Positions 15,612-30,142 of a stretch of 64,000 bases of DNA are shown here, one piece after another. Origin of the DNA: the human T2T-CHM13v2.0 reference genome, Homo sapiens; the NCBI RefSeq assembly GCF_009914755.1, contig NC_060942.1. The stretch is one strand, 5' to 3'. Every line of letters begins with the position of its first letter. Within the stretch, counting starts at the first letter, position 1. Both the position numbers and the translations under genes were made by a program. Below the pieces are notes generated by a model, which was not told the DNA's origin, did no database searches, and saw only the letters and a list, made by a program, of their open reading frames with translations.

Positions 15612-17157
15612 AATAAGGGCTTTTAAATACTTACCTCACCCCAGGGCCAGAGGATGGACCCAAGTTACAATCAGGGTTGGGAAGACAGAGCTGACAGTGT
15701 GTGTTTGAAGACGGATGACAGCAGAAAAATAAAAAGCTATTTCCTTCTAATTTCCAATAGTTGAGCTTATTCAGTCAACCCATTATAGATGTTCAATTTC
15801 ACTTCTCCCAGGAACTCTACAGGTAGCCTTTAATTCATGGTATCTTGCATTCCACTTGGGCCCTGATTTGTTTAGGTCTATGTGACCATAAAGTGTCAAG
15901 GCTCTCCTGAGCAGAAATGGCGTTTAACTCCTCACTAGAGCCCAGGAAAATCTTGAAAATTCATTTATTTTCCATCTAGATGGTAGAGTGTTGTCAGTGG
16001 CATCTACTCTCTTGGTCGTTGTTTATTGTATTTGGCATTGGATTCAAAAGAAAGTAAAAGAAAATGAAGATAAAAATCCGAAAGCGTGACAGGACACCAT
16101 TGTGACTGTCTTATATTTCCCCCTTACACATGATGGATTGCTTTTTCCTGGCTATTTAATCAGGTCTTCAAAGAATGCCACTCCAATTCCTCAGAGATGC
16201 AGCACAGGCCGCGTGCACAGATGGTAGAGAGGCCAGCTATAAATTAAGCAATGAGGCTGACCATGGTGGGAAGAACATAGCCCTCTCTGTTTAAGTTTTG
16301 ACAATAAACGGTCACCATATATTTTGAAGTACATTGTGGGCGTGCATTACCCAGCTGTTCAGCTTTAGCCTGTCCACAGGGGCTTGTGGCTGAGAGTTAC
16401 TCTTGGCAACCATAACAATCTGCTTCTCGCTGGAGTACAGACAATGACCTATTTGAGCCAGTGTCTGTAGTTGTCGGATATTTACATAAGCCTAATGAAG
16501 TTTCAACATAGTCTTTTATATATAGTTACCTATTCCCTCTTTAGCAGTTAGTGACTTAGGAAATAAAATGAACATAATCTGCTGAATTAAATTGAGTGAA
16601 TGACTTGTTTTTCTCTCCAGAAAATGCTAGGGAAAAATATTTGAAATGTATGCATTTTCAAATGTGAAATGTATACACGGTTTCCTCTAGATAAAGATCA
16701 AGATTAAAATCAAGAAGATCAATGGTGTTTTTAAAAATCGTTACACTACAGGAGGTTCTATCAATAATGGTACATAAGTAACATAATGCCATACACACAG
16801 TGCTATCTATGCAATTATTTATTTTCTGTCTCTCTCTATAGAACACATGCACAAATAGAGGATGGATTCCTGCACACATGAGACTTTGCATATATTACAT
16901 TAAAAATATGGAGCCATATTATGTAAGCAGTGTGATGGAAAGTTAATTCAGTTTAGTTGATTTATATGATGTGTATTGTTTATTAATCTCTCCTTAGATC
17001 TGGGGACAGAGTTTTATTGTTGTTTGTTTTAATTAATTTTTGAAGGGGAGGGCAGGATGTTGGCTAAGAAGTCTCCTTTCTAAATAAGACATTATTACTG
17101 CAAGTATACTATTCAGTGAATAGTCTAGCAAAAAATGGGTTAAGAATCAATGTGTTA

Positions 17158-17453
17158 GGACTGGGTGCAGTGGCTCACGCCTGTAATCCCAGCACCTTGG
17201 GAGGACAAGGTGGGCAGATCACCTGAGGTCAGGAGTTTGAGACCAAACTGGCCAACATGGAGAAACCCCATCTCTACTAAAAATACAAAATTAGTTGGGC
17301 ATGGTGACACATGCCTGTAATCCCAGCTACTTGGGAGGCTGAGGCCAGGACAATCAGTTGAACCCGGAGGGCAGAGATTACAGTGAGCCAAGATCAAGCT
17401 ACTGAACTCCAGCCTGGGCAGCAGAGTGAGACTCCATCTCAAGAAGAAAAAAA
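17158..17453 (+). mobile_element. AluS
   Basis: Full-length Alu; TSD AAGA(A/G)TCAATGTGTT at 17142-17156 and 17454-17468. Confidence 0.95.
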
Positions 17454-18109
17454 AAGAGTCAATGTGTTCTGTGTTACAAGAATAAGAAGTTTCAGTAGCC
17501 AGAGTTGCAAACAGGTAAGCAATAAGTTAGGATCCCATTGGCATACTGGATGGTGATAAATTAATTACTCCCATGTTACCATCCAATAAATTGTAGTGCA
17601 GGTAGGCAGTAATTAAATTAAGGACCCTGTTTGGTAGCTGAGTGGAGAAGTTAGCAATTATCTGGAGCTGGGGAGCAGGAGATGGGGAGCAAGGCAGGAA
17701 CAAATAATAAGATGAATTTAAGATATTAGTTATCTCTGAGTTTCTTATCCTGGTTCTAGATGTTGCATGGCATTCCGTTTTCTGACAGTGTCTGCAGCGG
17801 AAGGTTGTTGGAAGTACCTGACTGCTGAGCAGGGAAGTGGAGGGCCGTGGAACTGGGAATGCACCTACGATAGGGGCATACGTAGTCTGGGATGTGTTTA
17901 ATATAGTGGCATAAATGCGTGAAGACAGAATAAAGTTGCCATGGGAAGAAATAATGTATTCATTATATTCTACCATGCACAAAATGGCTGTGGGAAAAAT
18001 CCATATAATCATAACAAGAATAAATGCTATTATAGATATTTCCCAAAATGTTGGTTTGCTTGGGCAAGATATAGGGTCTATGTCTTATGTTAATATTGCA
18101 TATTTGGCT

Positions 18110-18345
18110 GTGTGGTGGAGTAGACAGAGCACAGACTTTGGAGTCAATTTAAGTACAAATCACAGCTCTATCATATATTAGCTGTGTGACATTAGGCCAG
18201 ACACTTAACTCCAAGCCTTAATATTATATCCTGCAAAATGTGGATAGTACTATCTATGCCATCAATTTGATGGGAGAATTAAATCAGAATAATGTAAGCA
18301 AGACACATATCACATCTACCACATAGTAACTGCTCAATAAATGTA
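18110..18345 (+). mobile_element. MIR
   Basis: AGAGCACAGACTTTGGAGTC...AGCTGTGTGACATTAGGCCAG...CACATAGTAACTGCTCAATAAATG. Confidence 0.75.
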
Positions 18346-18555
18346 ATCTGCACATTTGATCTTCCTTCATCTAAGATATACACCTGCTTTTAAGCAAGCA
18401 TGGTTTCTTTTATTCATTTGTCAAATATTTTTGTAGGCCTACTATCTGCTATTGGGGAAAGTAAATTGAAAATAGAAAAAGAGATAAATTTCCCACTTTA
18501 AAAAATAATCACGTTTTTATTGGAAGAGGAAGACAAATAAAAAAAAATAAAAATA

Positions 18556-18875
18556 GGCCCGGCGCGGTGGCTCAGGCCTGTAATCACAGCACTTTGGGAG
18601 GCCAAGGCAGGCAGATCACTAGGTCAGGAGATCGAGACCATCCTGGCTAACACGGTGAAACCTCATCTCTACTAAAAATACAAAAAGTTAGCCGGGCGTG
18701 GTGGCGGGTGCCTATAGTCCCAGCTACTTGGGAGGCTGAGGCAGGAGAATGGTATGAAACCTGGGGGGCGGAGCTTGCAGTGAGCCGAGATAGCACCACT
18801 GCACTCCAGCCTGGGTGACAGAGCGAGACTCCGTCTCAAAATAATAATGATAATAATAATGAAGAATAAAAAAAT
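18556..18875 (+). mobile_element. AluY
   Basis: Y diagnostics GAGATCGAGACCATCCTGGCTAACACGGTG and GGAGCTTGCAGTGAGCCGAGAT; (ATA)n tail. Confidence 0.95.
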
Positions 18876-21149
18876 AAATGCTGGTTTTATTTTTTTCCCT
18901 CTAACATTGGTTAAAAAAAATAGTTTCACTGTAGTAGGGGAAATATATTGGTTAGACGTTTAGAAAAATGAGAAGCATTATCAATTATCTGTCCTCCCCT
19001 GGAAAAGGTTACTGATTACAAATGATGTTGAATTTTAAACATTTTATTAAGTCAGTATATCATATAGCTTGGAATTCAGAAGAGTCAATCATGAACATCA
19101 AGACGTAAAACCAGAAGTATTTTATATCTGTTTTCATGAGTTGTTCCTTATCAATATAAGAAGAATACCTAGAAATCCAAATGGACAAAAGGAATATACT
19201 AATAAAATTGTATATATATTATAATATAATTACATTATAATTATAGTGTTTCCTACTACATGTTGATTCTGACATACTAACTTCACTGAGATTCAGTGTG
19301 AAGCAATGAACATTGAATAATTAGTTCAATTATTAAGATCTATTAGAATTTACTTTTTCAGTGTAATAGCACCTAAGCAACTACGTATGAGAGATTGAAT
19401 CTAAAGGGCTGTACTTCTTACTTTGATATTAACTACTGGTGGAGAATTAAGTTAAATTTTGTCTCTTATATGAGAAAAGTTACTATGATTTAACTGTTTC
19501 ATTGTGTTTAGTGTAGGATCAAATTGTCCCTGGAGTTCTGTAACTAATCTAGAAGAGCCAATTTCATGTGCCATACTACAATGTTAACCGACCCAAGCAG
19601 GTAAATGGGTCCTTATAGTTTCCTCACACAAACAGAGATGCTCGTTAACACTACAAAATTCCTCTTTAAAGTTCCATCATTGGTCCAAATGCATAAAAGT
19701 GCAACTTAATATTTTTGAAACATATTGCAGTGATATTATAGCTCATAAGCTTCCCTAGAACGTTTTCCTTTATAAGCCTTGGTAATTAATTGTAGCTAAG
19801 AAGATACAGAGCCAAGTTTTTTCAAAGTGGCTTTGTTAACTTCAGCATATCTGATGGTACATTTATTCAATAAATTGTAAAATTATTTTTGCTTATAAAG
19901 TTAAAAATAAGAGAATAGTAATGTATTTTTTTTTATTTTCTACTTCAAAGTCTCCCTCCCGTTAGAGAAATGTTGACACCCATGCTAACATTTTCCCTGA
20001 GTGATTCATTGATAATCTAAGTTTGGCATAAAGCAGTCATTTGATCTTTGACCATATAATACTCACCTAGTGTATGAGATGTGTCCACATCTCATTTCTA
20101 CACTCTTATCCAGTTTACTTGTAGAGATTTAAAAATGTATTGGAATATAGTGTATATTTATGAAGAGATTCTTAGGCAATATTGCCTAACCTTTCCAAGT
20201 CTCTATTTCTTCAGCTGTAAAATTCAGTAGATAATTGTCTCAAAGATTTAGTGCAATAAATGTTTGTAAAAGGGATTTGTGGGCTGTAAATTGCCACACA
20301 AATGTTAGCTATTATGAAGTCTTTTGTTGGTTTTGTTTAGTCTCAAGAAAAATAGCAGGCATTTATTGGGATGGATAAAATGATAGCTTTCTTCTAGCAT
20401 ATTTTTCTACCCTACAAGAAAATAATTAGTAAACACATATTTTAATGACAATGTCCATTCAAAATTTAGGTTTTTAGCCTAGTGGACAAGGTTAAGGGAA
20501 AAGTCCTTTTTCAAAATGACTGCTAGTTGAAAGATTTGCAGCACGGTTTGCAGTATCAGTTTAATAATGACTTGCTCATGCCAGTTTTATGTAGGCAGAG
20601 GTTTCTCAGCAAATAAAGGCTTGTCATTCACCTTGTCCTTCATTCAGCACGTGCTTCAGGTAGGAAGCCAGCTCAGTGCTAATCAAGAGGATATGGCTGT
20701 ATGGCAGACTTTGAAATTAGAAATGAATTCTGCAGTAATATGAATGTACTGAGACCAGTGATAATAATAAATCCATACAATATGGAAAACTTGATAGATT
20801 CATAAATATTGATCACATCATACTTCAGTGGTAAATATACCAGAGTGTTATCCCATTTTTTTTTTTTTTTTTTAGCTCTCTAGAGTAGAAAAAGCGGAAG
20901 AGAAGAATGCTGGTTTTTATATTGAATCCAAATGATTTTGACTTTGAATTTGTTATATTTTTATCTTTCACCTGTATATCACCATTTGATGAAAGATGTG
21001 CGAGTGCACACAAAACATACATACATATAGATTATATAGTATGTAGATGCTGTGCTTATATGTATACACAGAAAGAGATATATATTCCTTTTGATTAGAG
21101 AAGTCTTATTTCCTGGGGAAAAGAAGAAGGTTAATGAGATGAACTGTAA

Positions 21150-22950
21150 CCCCCACCAGTGCAACTGCAACTGGTCTCAAGGCTGCAATTGGTACTATTT
21201 CCCTCCTGCTACCCGCTGTAAATTCCTCTTACTCTCAGCTAGCATCTCTGCTAGTTTCTGTGGCTTACCCAAATTCCTGTCCCTTTACTGGTCATATATG
21301 CTGTACTAGCCAATACATGATCAAAATTGGGGAAGGGAGTATCAACAGATACTCCAGTAGATCATCAGAATGCCAATCATATTTTCCTTCTTTCCCAACT
21401 CCTCTTAATGACCTGGGCAATTATTTTGCCAGGATAGTATCCTGCCTTGCCTGCTGGTATTTTGGCACAAGACGTATGATACAACAAGGCAGCAGCAATA
21501 GCTCAAATTTCAATGATAGAAGCATTCCTCCTTTGTGAATTAGGACTTCTGAGTCTACAAGCCTAGAGTCATAGGGATGGTAAACAGAGATTCTCCAAAT
21601 GGGTCACTGGGAGTCATGGTAAGCAGTTTCATACCTACTTTAATCTCTTGTGTTTGTTTAGTCTACCTATTGAGGACATGGTACCATATACTGGCCATTG
21701 ATCTAGACATATACTAGACCCTAGAAAAAGGTATCCCTTTTGCTTAGGGTATGGTCTCCAGCCTGGCTCCTTAATTCCACCTCTGAAGGCTTTACTTTGG
21801 CTGTATCAAGTCAGCAGCTGTTGTTGATATGTGATAGGATTAGTAGATCCCGTGGCAATGCATTTATGCCTATACCTCTTTTTCTGTAGAGTAAGTTATT
21901 TGATTCTTTTCAATATAATGAGGGATTCCATGTTGGTCTCAAATACTTTGTGAGTCTGAGATGGTGGTGCCGGTAGAAGCCCTGAGAATAGGAAAAGCAA
22001 CCCATTTCCAGAATATGTGTTTATTTCAGTCAAGATGAATTTCTAACCTTTTCAGAAGAGAAGTCATCCAAGTAAATATGTCACCCAGAGACTAGTTGGT
22101 TTTCTTAAGGAATAGTGATTTGTTGGGAGCTCAGCATGTGTCTCTGTTGCTAGGAGATTGGGCATACAGCAGTGGTGGCAGCTTCTGGTGAGTAGCAGAA
22201 ACCATGTAGGATTAGAGCCCATGCCAGTGAGCAATGCATAGGCTCCATTCTTGCCTCTGTAGCCTTATCATTTGTGCACCTTTATGCCACCATTGGATGC
22301 TGGCTGATGTCAACAGGCTGAATTGTTCCATCTACATAATTGCTTAGTGACTCTTCCATAAATTATACAATCTGGTGTTTACAGGGGATTCAAAGATTTT
22401 TTTTTAACTTGGTGTTCATTCCTGTGGGCCTATCAACATGTCTTTTCCCCAAACCTTTTTGTTCCTGATCTTTCCATCATTGGCCAATCAGCCAAGCTAT
22501 TTGACCTTGTTCACATGTATATATATATATATAGTCCTACCTTGAGCCATTTATAATTTCATATAAAGTAGGTGGTGTGGTATACTCAACATTCTACCTT
22601 GGGAAAGGTTCTCTTTACCACTTTCTTTTGGGGCTATCCCTCACTGAGCTGCAGTGTAGCAGCCATCCAATTTGGGGTGTACCCACATACCCACAGACCA
22701 AGCTGACCACCTGGTCATAAGTGTGAGTTAAAGGGGAAGGTAGTTGTACAATAGTGATTGAAAACATGGAGGTCTGGGCCCCTCCTGTTATGTCCTCTGG
22801 TCCCGTTTTTCCCTGATGCCAAATGTAATTCACCCCATGAACTGATGATGGTCCTGTCTGACCTTATAACTTGGTGCATCTCAGAGAAGCCAGGGTATGA
22901 TGAGCAGTTCTGGTCAGTGGACTCTCCCATGGTTATTTTTCTCTTACTTT
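21150..22950. mobile_element. Degenerate ERVL/MaLR internal sequence
   Basis: Block of higher GC with MLT-int/ERVL-like segments; no intact ORF; family and limits uncertain. Confidence 0.4.
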
Positions 22951-23412
22951 GTGAGTAGGGAAACTGCTGCACAGAAAAGTTAACTAACTTGTCCAAGGTC
23001 ACACAGCTAGCAAAACATCTGACTTTTCAGCCTACTTTCTCAGCCATTGTGTTATAATGGGTCTGTCTACCCAGGCTTTGTCCACACATGGAGGCTTCTC
23101 AGATAAATGGGTGATATTTCAGGTTTATTTGAGTCTAATCAGACTAGTTTTAGAATTACTAATAAAGGTTAAACACTGGAAATTAATTTTTAAAGTCTAG
23201 GATTCTGCCACTCAAATGATCTCTGTTCAACTTTCCAATATGATAGGGCCCATTGCTAAGTGTGGGTTAAATGTGTGAACCGTCTTGAGGTGAATATCAC
23301 ATAATTGTTGCTATCCAGAAATCCATAGTTTAACAAAGAGTAAATTCGATATAACTAATCTTAATTATCAAATGCAATTAAAGCATAGTGATTTGCAATG
23401 CTATATTCATTA

Positions 23413-23637
<225 letters not shown>

Positions 23638-24959
23638 CTAGATATTGATTTTTTAACAAAGAATCACAAATGAGAGATGTTAGATACAATTCAAAGAAAC
23701 ATTAAGTCTTTAAAGTTAGTCTTAATACTCCTCAAACATAACACAGCCAGTGCCTGACATACTATTTTTTGGGTTTGACCCTATCTTACGAGGATGGTAG
23801 TGTCATTTGCCACACAGAATGACAAAGCTTCTATTGTATTGAAAAGCTCCTTCACTTATTGTTCTATTTTGTTTAAGTGAAAAGGTCTAGGTTACAATCT
23901 AGGTTAAAAAAAAGAGAAATAATATTTTTTTATTTAAAGTATCTATTCAGAGTTCTTTAGCTTATAATGTAGTTCCATCAAACAATAATTAATCAGCCTA
24001 AATAGTATAGGCAATGCACAGCTGTCTTTGTTATTTTGTGTTGACAAATATATACCAAGAATCTATAGGTGACCCTAACTTTCCCTGAAACATTGACAAA
24101 ATAAATTTTTTCATCTAGATGATCGTCTATGATGAATGTGAGAAAATTCACTTGAAATTAAAATGCCCCATCCTCAAATTAAAACACACGTCATTATAAA
24201 GCAAGAAAAGTCCAACAGAAAAGCCAGTTTCCCATATTTCTTGGTATTCTTCAGGTCCAGTTCCTATTTAAGTTGACCTACCTGCTAATCAGAACTGATG
24301 TGTTCAGTTCTGGCAGACATCGCCTGAGTTGTATGAAAATGTACCAAAGCAGAACAAACTGTTTTGAACAAGGAAGACTGATTCTTTCTTTAAGTGATTT
24401 TCTCCTAACAGTATGGCACTTAGTTGTAAGGAAAAGGGAATAAAAGTACTATGTAGCTTATTTCATATTCCTCCCTTGCCTTGTCTTCTTGATTTCATAA
24501 ATGGAAAAAAGAATGGAGAAGAGAATTGGTAGCCTATACATAAGTCTTTTGATCTCATGAATTCCATGTCCAATTTTTGACACGTAGACCACCTGCTTTC
24601 TTGTTATACTTGAGCCTTACTTCTCATTATTTAATGTGAGGCTTTGAGCCCAATTTTGATAAAATATTTTAGATCTTCTTTAATACGCTTGCTTATATAG
24701 AAACAGATGACCCTTGGGGAAATTCAACTGATAAAAATGGTAAATATCTTTTTGCTTTTCTAGATCAAGAAAAATAACAACACTAAAACCTCATACTAAT
24801 GATGTAGTTACTTTGCACATGAAACATCCTAGAAAAAGTTATTTCTACTTTCTGAATGCACGTGTTAAGTGGATGCTTAAGCCCTTAGTCTAATAGGGAA
24901 GTTTGGCATAGAACAAATTTATTTTGAATCCCAGGAATATTTAAGTGCAAGATATAGGG

Positions 24960-25590
24960 GTAAGAAAAAGGAGATAGCACAAAGGAGAACTTAAACAACT
25001 CTTTCAATGGGAAGAGGAATTCATTGCTGAAGATGTGACATCTGAGTTGAAATGGACTTTGAAGTAGGGATGTGGTTTGGCCAAGCTGCCAAGAAGGGCA
25101 AAGAAATTGCTGGTAGAAGAAACATTACATACAACACATGGGAGCATAGAGCAGAAGCAAAAGTATGTATTCAGTGAATTATGTGTGGTTCTGTAAGGCT
25201 GTAGAGATATGCAGGGGCTGGATCACAGAGTATCTTTTAGAATATACAAAGAAAATTGGACTTTTTGTCTAGACTATGTGGGATAGGGATGGCTAAATGT
25301 AAAAGATAGGCTTGCTTCTATTTCTGTTTTTTAAAGATAACTTTGGAAGCTGTGTGAGTTGGCAGTGGTAGAAAGAGGGACTAGAAATATTGAAACTAGT
25401 TGGAAAGCTGTATCATCAGTAGGCTAAGCAAGAGAGAATGAGGTCATTGACCTCAACTGTGCAAGAAGAGTGAGTTAATGTATTAGAAGGTCCTGACAGA
25501 TTGGAGATTGAGATGAATATGTGCAGGTGGATTAGGAATTGGGGCTGTTTCCTAAATTCTTGACTTAACTGAATGGATGGTAAAGCCATC
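24960..25590. mobile_element. L2 fragment
   Basis: Purine-rich degenerate L2-like text (GATGTGACATCTGAGTTGA, AAAGATAACTTTGGAAGCTGTGTG, GAATGGATGGTAAAGCCAT). Confidence 0.55.
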
Positions 25591-28500
25591 ACTTAAGAAA
25601 GAGGAAGAATGACTTAAGTCCATCTCCACAGAAAGAGCCTGGATTCTGAGTCCTTTGAAGGCCCATGTCTTGATCATCTTTGTATTTCCAGCAGGAGTAA
25701 AGGGCCTGACAATGACAGACTCTCAATGACTCATTAGGAAGCCTAAAAGGCAAATACTTTGTTTTACTGATTAATTGATAATGCCAGGTATAAACTATGA
25801 TATTGTAAAAGGTGAAGCAAAGGAAGTAAATATCCCAAAGACTCCAAAACATGCAATTGAGAAATTTATAATCAAAATAGGCAAAACTAGTAGGCTTACT
25901 GAAAAGCATATTTTGCTTTGTGTGTTAGATCAGAGCAGGAGGACAGATGAATGCAGAATATTTTGTAGTATCTCCAGAGGGAAATAATTATGGCCTAAAC
26001 TGAGTGGCAACTCTGCTCATGGAGAGAATGATTAATTCAAAGAATTATATGGAAGAGGAAACGGTTAGCAGTTTGCATTTGAATTGAAAAGGAGCTTTTG
26101 ATGCTGACTGGGAATTCTGTAAGTTATTGGCATTGCTGATGGTAATGAAAAGCTTAAGGGAGAGTGTGACAGGGCCTTATCATGCATCTTTAGTTCCTTG
26201 ATAGGGTATAAGTGAGTCATTCTCCTACTGATGGGATGATTCCTCCTTGCTGGACATATTTTACCCAGCTTTGAGAAAGGAACTCATTGCACTGCCATCT
26301 TGGAATAATGAGTTAAAGGGTTATGCATTAACATAAGATAACCACTGAGCACTATCGCTGCCAGGACTGGAATATATTGATTTGATTAATCCTTAAATAT
26401 CAGAAGGTAAAAACTATCACTTTTTCCCCCCCTCCCCTCTTTATTTCCTCTGTCTGTGGCAGACACAGATTAGAACTGAGAAATAAATTAGAAGGACTAA
26501 CTTTGGCTTTCTGCCACCTAGAAATAGACTAAATAGTTTAATATGGATTTATGTAATGAGTTCACAAATTGATTTTGCAGAGTAAGCTTGCTTTAGGAAA
26601 TAAACACCTGTGTACTATGGTTTGAATGGCCTACTTCTATGTGCACTCATGTTGATAAAAATGAATTTTCTTAAAAAAATCTATCTTATGGTCACTTCAT
26701 CATTCCAATATTTTTGAAATCCACAAATCAAAAACCAAACAATGATTTAGAATCTCTAGATATCACCTAGGGAAAGCAGTCTCTATTGGGTATCAGTGAT
26801 AATGTCTTATCTTTGAGTGACAGGATTAAAAAGAAAAAAAAAAAGACCTCCTCCACTCTCTGTGAAACCTCCACTTCTCCTTTTCCCTTGTTTAAGAACG
26901 TCACATGTGCCTCATTTAAACATTAATTATTTAGCTTGAACTGTACACAGCTAATGTGTAAAATAAAATTTCTTGCAAGTTTGAAGATGAATCCAGAGGT
27001 ACCGCTTGTAAGCAGGCCCCCGCTTTTTCTATCTCGGGTGGCCAAATTATGTGTAATTGTAATTGGTGATGGATGGTGACTGTTGTGTCAGCCAATCATT
27101 CTAGGAATGGCTACTAAGATTTGTAATTATAATGTCCCTTATTCCTATTTAAATTAAACAGTCTTCACATAACTATTCTTTCCCTTGAAACATGGAAATT
27201 TGGGTGTGGGAATTGGGGACAGTTAAGGGTCAGGGTTTTACCTCTTAAAAGCTACACTTTTGCACAGTCTGTCCCATTTCTCTAAGGCACCGTAGATGGG
27301 GGAGGCCAGCGATCAAGAATGGTAATTTACAATCTAAGAGTGCTTAATCTAAAATCTGTCCTTGTCAAAGGAGAATGCGTTGGTCCCCATGCAGCAGTAA
27401 TGGAAATTTTATTTCAGCATAAGCTTCAATGGGGGCTTTCACTGTATTCTTTAAACTACCCTCGTCCTTATCAATTTATGCCATGTACAGGTTTTGTGGG
27501 TTTTTAACATCATTCTACTTTAAAAGAGAAAACATTAAATATAATAAATAAATCCACATTTGGAAACCTATAAACTCACCTTGCAAGCATAATAACAAAA
27601 ATTGTTATATGGTTATGGCTGAATCTAGCTTTATTATTAATCATTTTTCCTGGGGATTAAAACTTAATTTTTCAAAGAGATCCTTTTCTCTAACACACTA
27701 GTTTCTCTTTTAGGGTAACACTTTTATAATAAAAAATTATTTTCCTTAATTTTCACTGTCATATACAAAGAGCTTTTCCTGTTAAGAAAATAGATAGTTA
27801 AGAAATATAATACTCCAGGGCAAAAATTGGACCAGATTAATTAAAATAAATATATGAAGACTTTATAATTGTTTTTGTTCAGTAACAAATTAGTAAGTAC
27901 CATGCTAAATGAAGACAATAGCAATGACATTATACATTGTAAATTAGTAACTATGGGTATTTTGTTTTAAATCTATTTACTAGCTCTTGTTTACTAAAAA
28001 CCTCTAAGTATGTCTCTTTCTTATAGTTTCCACGTGGTATGTATAAATCTGTTTTATTTTCCTTCAGAAAACACACATGCTAACTTTATTATATCTTCTT
28101 TTCTGGCCTGGGATTAGTTAACTAGGATTTATATTTATCTTCTATGTTCTACCTCATTAATATCTATCTCCTATGTTCTACCTCCACTCCCTCATTCCTA
28201 GACTCCAGTTTGTGCCTCCTTTTGTGGATCCTGAAATTCTACATCTCACTGAATTTTATATATGCCTACCACTGTAACACTGGCCCACTTTGTTCTTCAT
28301 GCTAGATTCTACTAGAGAGCAATTCTAAGGTCATTTTTTTTTTACCTTTGCTATTTCTCCCACAAATTTTTCCAAGTCATTATTGGCCAGAACAAACAAA
28401 AAAACAACATAATCATCAAAACATCTATTATTCTCTGCTATCTGTTTCAATACAATTTTCTGTTCCCAAAGCTCAGATTCTTTGTTTTTCGATTGTTCCA

Positions 28501-29322
28501 AATAGGAGTGACAATTGGTGTGCTAGAGATGGCATACTGATGACCATGAATGAGATATACATAGAAGATTCTATATATTGTTGCCAAAAGAAATGTGAGG
28601 TATCCAGGTATCCTTGGGAAAGACTCAATTGGCTATAAGTAAAATTTTTGATGTCTAAGGCCTCAGGTATGGCTTGGATGATTAGCAACATGAAAGAACA
28701 CTGGCAATATTAAAAGTGCACACTGTATGTTGTCAGTTTCCCCTACATTTTATACAGCTGTCAAGAATACTAAAAGAATTTGTGAGACCCCTTTTTGTTG
28801 ACTATTTGTTAGATTCATCTAAGGAACAGTTAACATTCTGAAAAATATTACTGAGTCAAAGGTCTTCCTGTAACTGCAACATTACTTGCACATTAGTTTT
28901 TAGAAAGAGTACATTTTAACACTCTTGGCTATTCAAAATAAATTTCAAGACCTACAAATACAAAAAAAATATGATGGCATACTTCTCTTTAGAGAGCATC
29001 ATGTGAAAAAATCTAGCTCTTTGTTTACATGTGCATAGAGACCTGATTAAAATTTGGGGGTTGTCATATCAAATTTCCTTACTATGTTTCCAGATATTCA
29101 AAGTTTTGGGGATAAAATGAACAGCTATAAGGAACAACAAAAATAATTGTTTACAGCCTTCTTTTGTAGCAGAGACATGTGAATATCAAAGGATAAACAT
29201 GAATGCGGTGGATTTTTACTGTATCAACTTAGTCAAACTGTAACAACCTTTCTCCGAATTTCCCTCTCTTTGTGGTTCTGAGTTAGTGTGGGCCAGAAAA
29301 GGCAAATAGATGTAAGGGAGTA

Positions 29323-29754
29323 GTGTCTTAGTCCACTTTCTGTTACTTGTAACTTGAAACTGGGTAATTTATTTTTAAAAAGGAATTCAATTCTTACATT
29401 TATGGAGGCTGAGAAGTGCAACGTTTAGGAGCTGGCTCTGGTAAAGGCTTTCTTTCTGGTGAAGGCTCTTTACAGAGTCCCGAGGTGGCTCAGGGCATCA
29501 CATGGCAAGGAGGCTAAGTGTGCTAGCTCAGGTGTTTCTTCCTGTTCTTGCAAAGCCACCAGCCTTACTCCTATAATAACCCATTAATCCATTAACCTAT
29601 TATTCCATTAATCTATAAATGAGTTAATAAATTGATGATGGCTCTGTCCTCATGACCCAATCATCTCTCAAAGGACCCTCCCTTGCAAAACTGCCATATT
29701 GGAGATTAAACTTCAGCATGAGTTTTGGAGGAAATAAATATTAAATACACTGCA
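29323..29754 (-). mobile_element. MaLR LTR (MSTC/MSTD-like), apparently nested in older LTR sequence
   Basis: TGTCTTAGTCC...GGAGGCTGAGAAGT...CATCACATGGC...CCATTAATCCATTAA...CATGAGTTTTGGAGG. Confidence 0.7.
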
Positions 29755-29959
29755 AGTACCTATACTTTTTTATTTTTTATTTTTGGGAGGTTTGTGCAGG
29801 ATATGAGTTGCTGCTCTCTGGTGGCTCACTTGTTGGGACAGGGCAATACCTCAGCCAGTTGCTCCTCCAGGCCCTGCCAGATCTTCTGTTTCAGCTTTTC
29901 TAACTGGTTCCCAGCTTTGAAGACAGAGCAAGGGTTCACAAGCCAAGCACTGTGGGTGG

Positions 29960-30142
29960 ACAGCCTCTTTAAGTAGGAAAAGGCAAGGAGATGAATTCAT
30001 CTTTAGAGCCTGCAAAAAGGAATACAGCTTTGCCTAGAGGACATGCGAGACCTCTAACCCAAAGACTATACAATAACAAACATATGTAATTTGAAGACAC
30101 TGAGTTTGCAGTGATTTGTTATAGCAGCTGTAGGAAACAAAA
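29960..30142 (+). mobile_element. MLT1 LTR 3' part
   Basis: GGAAAAGGCAAGGAGATGAATTC...AGAGCCTGCA...GTGATTTGTTATAGCAGCTGTAGGAAAC. Confidence 0.65.

Noticed and set aside
28142-28184. 14-bp local direct repeat CTATGTTCTACCTC
   Set aside because: Likely a simple slippage duplication; only two copies
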